DNA of 64,000 nucleotides from a bacterium (GTDB lineage Bacteria; Patescibacteriota; CPR2; UBA1875; JAJYID01): contig JAJYLR010000003.1 of assembly GCA_021787535.1 (NCBI GenBank), positions 56-64,055 on the forward strand, written 5' to 3'. A model generated the notes under the pieces. That model searched no databases. It worked only from the letters and a program-made list of their open reading frames with translations, and was not told the DNA's origin. Of this stretch, positions 28,173 to 37,705 are shown piece by piece. Each line of letters opens with the position of its first letter. Within the stretch, counting starts at the first letter, position 1. Both the position numbers and the translations under genes were made by a program.

Positions 28173-28784
28173 ATGTTTGTTGAATCTTTAGCTCATTTTA
28201 TAATGTCAGCTATCTCATCTTTCGGATATCTGGGAGTTTTTTTGGCGATGGCGGTAGAATCAGCATGTATACCTTTGCCATCTGAAATCATCATGCCTTT
28301 TTCGGGATTTTTAGCTTTCAAAGGTGAGTTTAATCTGGTTTTAGTTGGGGTTGTCGGGGCTTTCGGTAACCTGGCCGGATCCTTAATCGCCTATTACATC
28401 GGCAAATGGGGTGGACTGCCTCTAGTGGAAAAATATGGCAAATACATTTTAATCTCGCATCATGACATCAAAAAGGCCCACAAATGGTTTGATCGCCACG
28501 GCAAAAGTACTGTATTTTTTACCCGTCTCATCCCGGTTGTCAGAACTTTCATTTCATTTCCGGCCGGCGTCAGCGAGATGAATGTAGTGACATTTTCGAT
28601 TTACACATTTCTCGGCGCGCTGCCCTGGTCTCTCTTGCTTGCTTATGTCGGATATAAACTCGGGGCAAACTGGAATACCCTGGGAGCATATTTTCATAAG
28701 GCAGATTTGGCAGTTGGTATAGTGATTATTATCGCGATTGCGTGGTACATTAGAAGACACGTTAAGCATCTTAAGAAAGATTAA
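28173..28784 (+). CDS. dedA: DedA family protein
   Basis: ESACIPLPSEIIMPFSG, FTRLIPVVRTFISFPAG; likely start ATG 28173. Confidence 0.9.
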   Translation: MFVESLAHFIMSAISSFGYLGVFLAMAVESACIPLPSEIIMPFSGFLAFKGEFNLVLVGVVGAFGNLAGSLIAYYIGKWGGLPLVEKYGKYILISHHDIKKAHKWFDRHGKSTVFFTRLIPVVRTFISFPAGVSEMNVVTFSIYTFLGALPWSLLLAYVGYKLGANWNTLGAYFHKADLAVGIVIIIAIAWYIRRHVKHLKKD

Positions 28785-28934
28785 GATTTAATTTTCAATT
28801 TACAATTTGAAATTTTCAGTCGATTATTAAATAATAAATTTTCTAGTAAAGGATTCTGGTCAAGCCAGAATGACAGAATAAAAATTCTAAATTTCAGATT
28901 CCCATTCAAAATACTAAATACGAGATACCAATCA

Positions 28935-30194
28935 ATGATCGAACGGCATACATTAAAAAATGGACTTAGGGTCATGGAGCAAAGACAAAAAAATACCTTT
29001 GCCTGCAGTGTCTTGGTGATGGTGAAAACCGGTTCGCGTAATGAAACTGAGCAAATCCATGGTATCTCACATTTCTTAGAGCATATGTCTTTTAAAGGAA
29101 CTAAAAAAAGGCCCTCTTTTCAGGTCATTACCAGGGAAGTTGATTCTCTGGGTGCTCTTCACAATGCCTTTACCGGGAAAGAATATACGGGCTATTATCT
29201 AAAAGCTGACAACGAACATTTTGAGCAGTCGCTGGATATTCTATCCGACATAGCTTTCCATTCTAAACTGGAGGAGGCGGAAATTAGCAAAGAAAAAGGC
29301 ACTATCATAGAGGAAATCAATATGTATGAAGATGATCCCTCTACCCTGGTGTATCTTCTTTTTGATACTTTGCTTTATAAAAATCAACTCGTTGCCCAAG
29401 ATGCTTTAGGCCGAAAAGAGTCGGTCCAAGCTATGAGCCATGATGCCATGAGTGCTTACCGCAACAGGTACTATAAATCTGATAATGTGATCGTTTCCTG
29501 TGTCGGCAATCTTCCCCAAAACTATCTTAAATTAATCAATAAATACTTTGGCGATATTGAGGTTGGCGGAGAAAAATATTTGCCGGCAAAAGAAAACGAA
29601 ATGTATGAGCGCCGCGTCATTTTAAGAGAAAAGGACACAGAACAGTCCCATATCGCTTTGGGCATCGAGTCTTTTGATATCTATCACAAAGAAAGATACG
29701 CTGCTGATATTTTGTCGGTCATTTTAGGAGGCAATGCAAGTTCTCGGCTGATGACTGAAATCAGAGAAAAAAGAGGATTGGCTTACTTTGTGGCATCCAT
29801 GGTCGATAGAGGATCAGACAATGGAGCTTTCCTTGTGAAAGCTGACTTGAATCTGAAAGGGACCGAGGAGGGCATAAAAATTATTTTGAATGAGATGCAG
29901 AAAATGAAGCAGGAAATTACCGAAGAGGACCTCAAAAGAGCCAAAGATTATATCAAAGGATCACTGGCTCTTTCTGAAGAAAATTCCCTTGTTGTGTCCG
30001 AAAAAAATGCTCTTGAAGATATTTTGGGCGCCAAGGCTCTGTCTCTTTCCGAGCGAATCAAGAAGTATGAAGCGGTTAACTTGAGCGATGTTGAAAAAAT
30101 GGCCCGAGAAATTTTAATTCCCTCAAAAATGAAGCTGGCTATAATAGGACCCTTTAAAACGCCAGAAAAATTTGCTAAAATACTGGAAAGCTGA
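28935..30194 (+). CDS. M16 (pitrilysin-like) zinc peptidase
   Basis: GSRNE, HFLEHM inverted Zn motif, NAFT, REKRGLAY. Confidence 0.93.
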   Translation: MIERHTLKNGLRVMEQRQKNTFACSVLVMVKTGSRNETEQIHGISHFLEHMSFKGTKKRPSFQVITREVDSLGALHNAFTGKEYTGYYLKADNEHFEQSLDILSDIAFHSKLEEAEISKEKGTIIEEINMYEDDPSTLVYLLFDTLLYKNQLVAQDALGRKESVQAMSHDAMSAYRNRYYKSDNVIVSCVGNLPQNYLKLINKYFGDIEVGGEKYLPAKENEMYERRVILREKDTEQSHIALGIESFDIYHKERYAADILSVILGGNASSRLMTEIREKRGLAYFVASMVDRGSDNGAFLVKADLNLKGTEEGIKIILNEMQKMKQEITEEDLKRAKDYIKGSLALSEENSLVVSEKNALEDILGAKALSLSERIKKYEAVNLSDVEKMAREILIPSKMKLAIIGPFKTPEKFAKILES

Positions 30195-30278
30195 AGTAAA
30201 TCTTTAATTTGAGATTCGAAATTTATAATTTAAAGAAAAGATTCTGGTCAAGCCAGAATGACAAAAAAAGGACAACTT

Positions 30279-30779
30279 ATGTCGTCACATATAGAAAAAA
30301 CTTTAGTGCTTTTGAAGCCGGATGCAGTGCAAAGGGGTTTGATTGGAAAGGTTATCTCAAGATTTGAAGACGCGGGCTTAAAAATTATCGGACTGAAAAT
30401 GGTGCAGGCGGATGAAGCCAGGGCTCTGGAACATTATGACGAAGACCTAGCCAGAAGGAGAGGCGAGCATATCAGAAAGTATAATGTTGACTTCCTCACC
30501 TCCGGACCGGTTGTGGCTATGGTTATAGAAGGTGTCAATGCCATCGAGAATATCAGGAAAATGTGCGGGACGACCGAACCGAAGTCCTCGCCACCTGGAA
30601 CCATAAGAGGCGATTTTTCCCACGTCAGTTACGGCCACTGCGATGATAAAAAAATGGTAACCAGAAATATCATCCATGCTTCCGAAGACAAGAAATTTGC
30701 TGAGAAAGAAATAAAGATCTGGTTCAAACCGGAAGAAATTACCGATTACACGGCTGTCCATGAAGTGCATACGAGGTAA
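30279..30779 (+). CDS. ndk: Nucleoside-diphosphate kinase
   Basis: KPDAVQRGLIG, SGPVVAMV, PGTIRGDF, NIIHAS; the upstream ATG at 30258 belongs to a REP copy. Confidence 0.95.
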   Translation: MSSHIEKTLVLLKPDAVQRGLIGKVISRFEDAGLKIIGLKMVQADEARALEHYDEDLARRRGEHIRKYNVDFLTSGPVVAMVIEGVNAIENIRKMCGTTEPKSSPPGTIRGDFSHVSYGHCDDKKMVTRNIIHASEDKKFAEKEIKIWFKPEEITDYTAVHEVHTR

Positions 30780-30893
30780 AATGATCAATAACCAATTGCC
30801 AATATCCAATCAATGTTAAATAACTGAGTTTTAAAATTTCAAATTGGGATTTGATTAGTCATTGGTAATTGAAAATTAGAAATTTACAAACCT

Positions 30894-30968
30894 GCCCCCA
30901 TAGTTCAAGGGATAGAACAAGGGACTCCTAAGCCCTAGATCTAAGTTCGAGTCTTAGTGGGGGCACCA
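30894..30968 (+). tRNA. tRNA-Arg (CCT)
   Basis: Cloverleaf, loop CTCCTAA, GTTCGAGTC, CCA. Confidence 0.95.
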
Positions 30969-30997
30969 GGTATTAATTCAAAATTCATAATTATATT

Positions 30998-31330
30998 ATG
31001 TCGCTTTCGTTACATCATTTCATTCATACTCATAATGTTGATGAGGAAAAATTTGAACGTCTGCATACGAAAAAGTACGTTCGATTCTTTGATAAATTTA
31101 TTTTTCTTATTGCCTTTATCGGGCCTTTAGCTACAGCGCCTCAAGCTTTTCAGATATTTATTACTCATAACGCAAGCGGAGTGTCTGCTGTAACATGGCT
31201 TTTCTATGACTTTGTCCAGCTGTCATGGCTCTTATATGGTATCGCGCATAGAGATAAGCCCATTATTTTGAGTAATATATTTTGGGTTTTTTGGCAAACT
31301 CTGGTCTTAATCGGCGCTATAATTTACTAA
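30998..31330 (+). CDS. PQ-loop/SemiSWEET-like small transporter
   Basis: PLATAPQAFQI..ASGVS..WLLYG..DKPIILSN. Confidence 0.8.
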   Translation: MSLSLHHFIHTHNVDEEKFERLHTKKYVRFFDKFIFLIAFIGPLATAPQAFQIFITHNASGVSAVTWLFYDFVQLSWLLYGIAHRDKPIILSNIFWVFWQTLVLIGAIIY

Positions 31331-31381
31331 TTTTAGATATCTGATTATTAATTTATTTTTAACATAAGATAAGGTGATAAT

Positions 31382-31774
31382 ATGAAAGACATGAAGAAAG
31401 ACAAAAACCTAATAGGGCCTGAAAATTGGCCGAAAATACCGATTGTAGAAATAAAGGGCGTAAAAGAAGCAAAGAAGCTGGATTCAAAGATGTCTATGGA
31501 AGAAGGTGAAAAGGTTTTAAAGTCTTGGGAAGATATTGCTGTCCTCAAAGCTTCGCCAGATATACCTTTTTATGTTGGTTTTATTGCGGGTAATCACTCG
31601 CAGTTTTTAAAATATGATACTGAAACTGCAGGCGGTATGTTTGGTATGCGAGTCGGCCCGGAAGATGTAAAGTTCTTTATTTTGCCCAAGGACCTAAAGA
31701 CTGAAATGAATCTTGAGCTTATAGAGATGACAGCTATTGATAACCCAAAGTATCAAGATTTGCCTCTTTATTGA
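31382..31774 (+). CDS. Hypothetical protein
   Basis: 130-aa ORF with SD AAGGTG. Confidence 0.65.
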   Translation: MKDMKKDKNLIGPENWPKIPIVEIKGVKEAKKLDSKMSMEEGEKVLKSWEDIAVLKASPDIPFYVGFIAGNHSQFLKYDTETAGGMFGMRVGPEDVKFFILPKDLKTEMNLELIEMTAIDNPKYQDLPLY

Positions 31775-31889
31775 TAGTCACAAAGTTTGGTATCATTTCA
31801 TCACTGTTGATTTTTGAGGTCGAATCGGGTAAAATTATAACAAATGGAGGCCTAGCCTCCCTTTATTTTCCTATTACTAGGAGGCTACC

Positions 31890-32735
31890 TTGGAAATTTT
31901 AGCGGAAGGCAAGACGAAGAGGATTATTCCTGTCGTATTAATTTATTCAAAAGACGACGTGACGGCTGGAGACGGCAACCGGCAAATCAAGCTGCAAGAT
32001 AAGGGCCGGTTTGCCAATGAAACGACCTGCAATGTCTTTGAATTCTTAAAGACGCAGTTCATTCCAATGGCTTACCTAGGCAGATTCAACGAACTGGCTT
32101 TTATAGCCGAGGAGTTGAAAATGCTGCCGCTCGAGTTTGTGGCCAGACGGGTTGCCTGGGGATCGTTCATGGACAGAGCGGAGGATGGCGTCAAGAAGGG
32201 TGACAGGTTCGAAACGGTTGTCACTGAGATGTTCCTAAAAGATGACAGCCGGCATGATCCGCTGATAGTTTACAGCGAAGAACGCGGGCAATACCTTCTC
32301 TATGATGCCCATAAAACGCTTTCGTCGGGTGAAATCGGCGTTTTTGATCCTGAGTCTATTGGTTACACGCTTGCTGATTTTCGAGCGCTCGAGCTGAAAC
32401 TTAAGAGTTTAACGGCAGAGATCTTTATCGCTCTCGAAGGGGAACTCTTAAAGCAAGATGTTATGCTTGTTGACTTCAAGGTTGAGTTTGGAGTTGACTC
32501 TGCCGGCAAAGTTAAGCTCGGTGATGTTATCGACGCTGACTCATGGCGGGCTTGGATAGGCGGTGATCCGGAGCAAGGCATTGATAAGCAGTACTTTCGG
32601 GATAATCCTGATTTTAACAGTGATCATCTTGAAAAACTCTATGCCAAATATCGGCAAGCCACTGAAATCACCAGCCGTTTTACCGGTTTGGATCTAAGCG
32701 AAGTTGACTTGGGATTTCAGATCAGGCCTGCTTAA
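31890..32735 (+). CDS. purC: SAICAR synthetase, orphan
   Basis: EGKTKRI, KDDVTAGDG, PLEFVARR..WGS, FLKDDSRHDP, LVDFKVEFG, DVIDADSWR, DKQYFR. Confidence 0.9.
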   Translation: MEILAEGKTKRIIPVVLIYSKDDVTAGDGNRQIKLQDKGRFANETTCNVFEFLKTQFIPMAYLGRFNELAFIAEELKMLPLEFVARRVAWGSFMDRAEDGVKKGDRFETVVTEMFLKDDSRHDPLIVYSEERGQYLLYDAHKTLSSGEIGVFDPESIGYTLADFRALELKLKSLTAEIFIALEGELLKQDVMLVDFKVEFGVDSAGKVKLGDVIDADSWRAWIGGDPEQGIDKQYFRDNPDFNSDHLEKLYAKYRQATEITSRFTGLDLSEVDLGFQIRPA

Positions 32736-32853
32736 GGAGTGTGAAGTATGAGAGTGATTTGTGAAGCGAATTAGCTTTCTCCGGTAGCACAACTGATGAA
32801 GGATAATGTTGCAGCATTATTCCCAAAGTCAATGTTCGAAGGAGGTGACAAAG

Positions 32854-32973
32854 ATGCCGTGCGGCTTTCTTAATCCCGACGAACTTCCGGCTGATCTTAG
32901 CAGACTGGATTTCGACCTCGATCCTGAAGTCGAGGAAGAGCTAAGGGAGATGGACGAGGCAGATCCGTGGTAG
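32854..32973 (+). CDS. 39-aa acidic peptide (not in ORF track)
   Basis: MPCGFLNPDELPADLSRLDFDLDPEVEEELREMDEADPW; SD AAGGAGGTG; hairpin at 32996-33026. Confidence 0.6.
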   Translation: MPCGFLNPDELPADLSRLDFDLDPEVEEELREMDEADPW

Positions 32974-33060
32974 CGGGGAAGAGGATTTTGGGCATTGGGC
33001 CGGCGCTTTTTAAAAGCGCCGGCCCATTTAAATTTAGGCAACTTGTGCTATACTTTTTCT

Positions 33061-33621
33061 ATGGCAGAAGACTTTCCTGGACAAAACACAGGTGAAAAAA
33101 CCATCAAAACCTTTAGAAAAAATCCTCTAACTCTTACTAAAAGGATCTTAAAATTTTTGATATTTTTAGTTGTTTCAATCTTTTTTCTTACTTACATCAG
33201 CCAGCTTGAAATTCTATCGTTTGCCGCAAGCTACATTAATATCGCTGCTCTCGCCGGTGTTGTTTTTTCCTTTTCCTACGGATTTTATGTTTGGATGACT
33301 TGGTATTATGACGTATATATTTTAACCAGCGAGAGAATTATCGAGGCGCGCCAAAAGGGATTTTTTAGCCGCGAGGTCAAAGAAATAGATCTCCATAAAA
33401 TCCAGGACATTACCTATAATGTCTCGGGCTTTATTGCAACTATTATCGGACTCGGCAATGTGCATATTAAGTCCGTGTCCGGTCTTGAGATAGAAATGGA
33501 GCGAGTGGGTAAGCCCTCGGTCGTTCGCGAAGTTATATTAAAACTAGCCGAGAAAAAAGCAAAAAAGGAGCTCTCCGCCGATGATATTGCGAAAGCTCTG
33601 GCAGAGCGGCTTACGAGCTAG
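33061..33621 (+). CDS. Membrane-flanked PH-domain (bPH_2) protein
   Basis: WYYDVYILTSERII..KGFFSREV..KIQDI; leaderless ATG 33061. Confidence 0.8.
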   Translation: MAEDFPGQNTGEKTIKTFRKNPLTLTKRILKFLIFLVVSIFFLTYISQLEILSFAASYINIAALAGVVFSFSYGFYVWMTWYYDVYILTSERIIEARQKGFFSREVKEIDLHKIQDITYNVSGFIATIIGLGNVHIKSVSGLEIEMERVGKPSVVREVILKLAEKKAKKELSADDIAKALAERLTS

Positions 33622-33680
33622 CAATTTTCTTATTGCTCGGGTACAGAAAAAATAATATTATTAAATGAGTATTTAAAGGG

Positions 33681-34781
33681 ATGGAGAAAATGGCAGAAAA
33701 AAAGAAAGCAGGTTCTTTAGCGAAAAAAGCCGGCGCAGTTGCGGGGCTGGCGAAAAATAAGGTAAAAAAGCTATCCGACAGCGATAAAAAAAGCAGTGGA
33801 GCGGGCAAAAAAGATAAGGTCCTAGCTTTTTTTCAGACAAAGGCGGGGTTGGCTGTCGGGACGCTTATAGCTCTCGCTCTGATAATCTTCGCTGTTTTTA
33901 CAGCCGGAATTTATAAATTTGGATGGAGCGATGATGCAACTCTGGCTCTGGCGAGAGTTGTACCGTATCCGGCGATATTTGTTAACGGTCATGTAGTTTC
34001 CTATGCCAAATATGAGGATTATCAGAAAGCTTATATGACCTATGTAAAAGAATTCTACATTAAAGAGCAGCAAAAGATGGATGTTAACTCTGCTGATGCC
34101 AAAAAAATCTTAGCCGATGCTCAAAGCAGAGTTCAAGACATATTAGTGAGAAATGCTGTCATTGAAAATGAAGCTAAAAAACGCCATATTAAATACACCC
34201 GGAAAGATATTGATGATTCCTTTAATGATTTTGTAAAAAGAACCGGGGGGGATCAAGAAGTCGCAAAAAACCTTAAAAAGTATTACGGCCTGACGGTTGA
34301 GAGGTTTAAGCAAGAATTTTATGTGGACACGTTCCTTTCCGGCAAGCTGCAAAATGATATTCAAAACGATAAATCTCTAAATGCCGATGCCAAAAAGAAG
34401 GCCGAGGATGTGCTGGCTAAAGTGAAGGCCGGCCAGGATTTTGCCGAACTGGCTAAAAAATACAGCGATGATTCAACGGCTTCAAAGGGCGGCGACTTGG
34501 GATTTGTTAAGAAAGGTACTCTTGTGCCTGAGTTTGAAGACGCTCTCTGGAAGCTGAAAAATCCCGGGGATGTCTCGGGACTAGTCAAAACTGTTTATGG
34601 CTATCACATTATTAAACTGACAGCTATTAATGGCGATGAAAGGCAGGCCAGCCATATCTTAATCAAAACCATGGACTATGACAGCTGGTTGAATGACCAG
34701 GTAAAAAAAGCCAAAGTCTCTTATTGGGTGAAGGAGTTCAAAAGTAATAACCCTACATCCCAACCTACTTCGGGAAAATAA
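33681..34781 (+). CDS. prsA: PrsA/SurA-like peptidyl-prolyl isomerase
   Basis: FAELAKKYSDD..KGGDLG..FEDA..VKTVYGYHII. Confidence 0.88.
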   Translation: MEKMAEKKKAGSLAKKAGAVAGLAKNKVKKLSDSDKKSSGAGKKDKVLAFFQTKAGLAVGTLIALALIIFAVFTAGIYKFGWSDDATLALARVVPYPAIFVNGHVVSYAKYEDYQKAYMTYVKEFYIKEQQKMDVNSADAKKILADAQSRVQDILVRNAVIENEAKKRHIKYTRKDIDDSFNDFVKRTGGDQEVAKNLKKYYGLTVERFKQEFYVDTFLSGKLQNDIQNDKSLNADAKKKAEDVLAKVKAGQDFAELAKKYSDDSTASKGGDLGFVKKGTLVPEFEDALWKLKNPGDVSGLVKTVYGYHIIKLTAINGDERQASHILIKTMDYDSWLNDQVKKAKVSYWVKEFKSNNPTSQPTSGK

Positions 34782-34847
34782 TTAAAAATTCCAATATAAA
34801 TTTTAAAATCATTTGATTTTCCAAAAATCTTATTTTAAAATTTTTAC

Positions 34848-34927
34848 AAGGGTGATTGAGAGCTTTCTGTAAACTTACAGAGCCTTCAAGCAAGCTAGAA
34901 AAGATCCGCCGTGCGCGGGTCTTTTTT
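34848..34927 (+). ncRNA. Candidate ~80-nt sRNA or attenuator
   Basis: TTGATT-17-TAAAAT (34813-34841), hairpin TCTGTAA/TTACAGA extended by TTGA..TCAA, terminator AAAAGATCCGC..GCGGGTCTTTTTT. Confidence 0.4.
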
Positions 34928-34968
34928 AACTCTTTTTTCACGTCTTTTACTTTGCTACAATAGTTCTT

Positions 34969-36588
34969 ATGAAACTAAAGGATTTGGCAACTGATAAATT
35001 TCGCTGGCTGGCACTTGTGGTGTTGGCTCTATCACTTGCCATTGTGGTGATCGACAATAGCGTTTTAAATGTGGCGGTGCCCTATATTATCCGTGACCTC
35101 AAAACAAATCTCTCTTCAATGGAATGGGTTATCTCCGGTTACGCTCTGATTATCGCCACACTTCTCATCACAGTTGGGCGGTTGGGTGACATCTATGGCC
35201 GCAGAAAAATCTTTATGGTCGGACTCGTCTTTTTTGCCATCGGTTCATTTATCGCTTCTATTGCTCCGAATGTAGGGATTCTGTTTTTCGGCGAGGCGTT
35301 TGTAGAAGCTATCGGCGCCTCAATGATGCTGACTTCGTCACTATCACTAATTGTGACAGAGTTTCGCGGCCGTGAAAGAGCCATAGCCTTTGGCGTCTGG
35401 GGATCGGTGGCCGGAGCGGCGGCAGCGCTTGGGCCGCTTCTCGGAGGATATTTTACATCATATTATTCCTGGCGCTGGTCGCTCAGGATTAATGTAGTCG
35501 TAGCGATCGTGGCTATCCTCGGATGTGTCTTTGTGAAGGAAGCCAAAGGGGAACAGGAGAAGCACTTCGACTTTCCGGGCATGTTTCTCTCCGGCGCCGG
35601 ACTCTTTTCTCTCGTCTTTGCTTTAATCGAAGGAAAAAAATACGGCTGGTTTGGCGTCAATGAGATTTTTAAAATAGACAGCTGGCAGTGGCCTTTCACT
35701 CGGGTATCGGTCATACCTTTTGCATTTTTAGCGGCGGCTGTTCTTCTGGCGGGATTTTTCCTCTGGGAGTACAGGCTGGAAAAGGCCGGACGAGCTCCTT
35801 TGATGAGGCCGTCAATTTTTAAAAATATCAGTTTTAGTGTCGGGCTTGCCACGGTTGTAATCATTGGTCTCGGACAGTTTGGCATTTTCTTCGTGATGCC
35901 GATATATTTGCAAAATGTGCTTGGACTGGACGCTTTTCACACGGGTCTCCTTTTCTTGATCGCGGCGGCTACTATGTTTGTGGTGGGGCCGGTGACCGGT
36001 TTTATCGCATCAAGAATCAGTCCGAAATGGATAGTGACAAGCGGTATGTTTATTCTAGCTGCCGGCGCACTTCTGCTGCGCAGTGAACTCTCGTCTACTG
36101 CCACCGGGTGGACTCTGGCGCCGGGGCTTTTTGTCTTCGGGGTTGGTATGGCGATGGCTTCGGCTCAGCTGACCAATATAGTGCTTTCTTCCGTTCCGCA
36201 GAAACTTTCAGGTGAAGCCTCTGCCATAAATGCCACGGCGCGCCAGGTCGGCACCAGCGTCGGTATCGCCATTATCGGCATGGTTCTGGCCGGAGCTATT
36301 ACAACCGGCGTTCAAAATAATGTTAAAAATGACTCTAAACTTCCGCTTCCCGTCAAAAACAAAGTTATCGAATCTGCCGGCTCAACAAGCTTTGAAGGAG
36401 GGCAGTTTAGCCAAGAAGAACAAAAAGCTCCGGTAGAAATTGTGGATGCAATAAAGTCGGATGTTGAAAACGCCATCGTTGATGCTTCCAAGGAAGCCAT
36501 TGCGATAGCCACTGCCTTTATAGTACTCGGCGGCTTCATATCTGTCTTTACCAAAAAGCCCGTTGGTGAGAAAAGTCAAAAGAGCTAG
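34969..36588 (+). CDS. MFS transporter, DHA2 (EmrB/QacA) type
   Basis: IDNSVLNVA, GRLGDIYGRR, GPLLGG, about 14 TMs. Confidence 0.92.
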   Translation: MKLKDLATDKFRWLALVVLALSLAIVVIDNSVLNVAVPYIIRDLKTNLSSMEWVISGYALIIATLLITVGRLGDIYGRRKIFMVGLVFFAIGSFIASIAPNVGILFFGEAFVEAIGASMMLTSSLSLIVTEFRGRERAIAFGVWGSVAGAAAALGPLLGGYFTSYYSWRWSLRINVVVAIVAILGCVFVKEAKGEQEKHFDFPGMFLSGAGLFSLVFALIEGKKYGWFGVNEIFKIDSWQWPFTRVSVIPFAFLAAAVLLAGFFLWEYRLEKAGRAPLMRPSIFKNISFSVGLATVVIIGLGQFGIFFVMPIYLQNVLGLDAFHTGLLFLIAAATMFVVGPVTGFIASRISPKWIVTSGMFILAAGALLLRSELSSTATGWTLAPGLFVFGVGMAMASAQLTNIVLSSVPQKLSGEASAINATARQVGTSVGIAIIGMVLAGAITTGVQNNVKNDSKLPLPVKNKVIESAGSTSFEGGQFSQEEQKAPVEIVDAIKSDVENAIVDASKEAIAIATAFIVLGGFISVFTKKPVGEKSQKS

Positions 36589-37634
36589 ATTTTAAATAAT
36601 AGGAAAATACCGGCTGCATAGACTAAAATTTCCAAGACTGAATCCCAGCCCAAACGGAGGTGGCGCTTTTTTAATTTAAAAATAAAAGCAACTCCGTAAA
36701 TAGCCATAAGAGCGACACCGAGGTCGCCAAGGAAAATAGTTTGGTGATCTGCATATGAAAGAACCGGTTTTTTCGCTAAAATATCTGCTATTAAAAATAT
36801 TACCAGCATAAAGGCGTTGCCGCCAAGAATGTCGCTGATAGCAAGGTGGTTATCTCCGATAAAAATCGACTCAAGACCGGTGCTTATTTCCGGTAGAGAA
36901 GTCACAAGCGCCAGAGCAGTAGCTGCAAAAATACCGGTGCCGATGCCGAAGTGATTGGCGATGGCTACGCCGGATTCTTCAAGCAGGACGCCGGCCGCTA
37001 GAGTGGCAATGGAAGCAGCAGCGAAAATTAAAACCACATGCAAAGTCGACTTTTTGGCATAGAAAGGATGATTTTCGGTCTTACGGCGTTCTCTGCGGCT
37101 GCGGCCCGGAGCGGCGTCTTCAACACTTACCGCCAGACGCGGATTTTCTCTCGCTTTATTTATAATGAAAAGGCCGGCCACCCAAGCAATAACGATTATG
37201 ATCGAAAAGGGATTGAGGTGAAGAAATGACTTTGCGGCCGGAACGAAAGCGCCGGCAACGGCAAGTAAAGTTAAGACAATGGCAAAAAGAGCTTCAAAGA
37301 GCAGCTCTACCGATCCGGCCAAGTATGAAAGCGGCTTTTTGCCCTTTATAGCAAAGTCGAAAATAACAATAACGAGAGTTTGAAAAGCGATGCCGCCCAG
37401 GAGATTGCCAATTATGACCGGTATGTCTCCGCGAATGGCAGCACTCGACACAATAGCCAGTTCCGGCAGGCTGCCGGCAATACCAAGCAAGATCAGACCG
37501 CCCAAAGCATCGCCAAGTTTGAAACGGGTGTCCAGCGAATCGGTGGTTTTGGTCAGCGCAATCCCGGCAAACCAGGTGACAGCCGATGCAGCGACGAAAA
37601 TGATTATCAAAAAGATAATATTCATGCCTTCCAT
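36585..37634 (-). CDS. Sodium:calcium (CaCA) antiporter family
   Basis: Two alpha repeats GSLPELA / TSLPEIS, GNLLGG / DILGGN. Confidence 0.88.
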   Translation of the reverse strand: MEGMNIIFLIIIFVAASAVTWFAGIALTKTTDSLDTRFKLGDALGGLILLGIAGSLPELAIVSSAAIRGDIPVIIGNLLGGIAFQTLVIVIFDFAIKGKKPLSYLAGSVELLFEALFAIVLTLLAVAGAFVPAAKSFLHLNPFSIIIVIAWVAGLFIINKARENPRLAVSVEDAAPGRSRRERRKTENHPFYAKKSTLHVVLIFAAASIATLAAGVLLEESGVAIANHFGIGTGIFAATALALVTSLPEISTGLESIFIGDNHLAISDILGGNAFMLVIFLIADILAKKPVLSYADHQTIFLGDLGVALMAIYGVAFIFKLKKRHLRLGWDSVLEILVYAAGIFLLFKI

Positions 37635-37705
37635 AGGTTTTATTATAAGCGAAAGAATTTAATATGGTAGAGTTATCGTAAAAGTTTTATTTCCATTTGC
37701 CTTAA

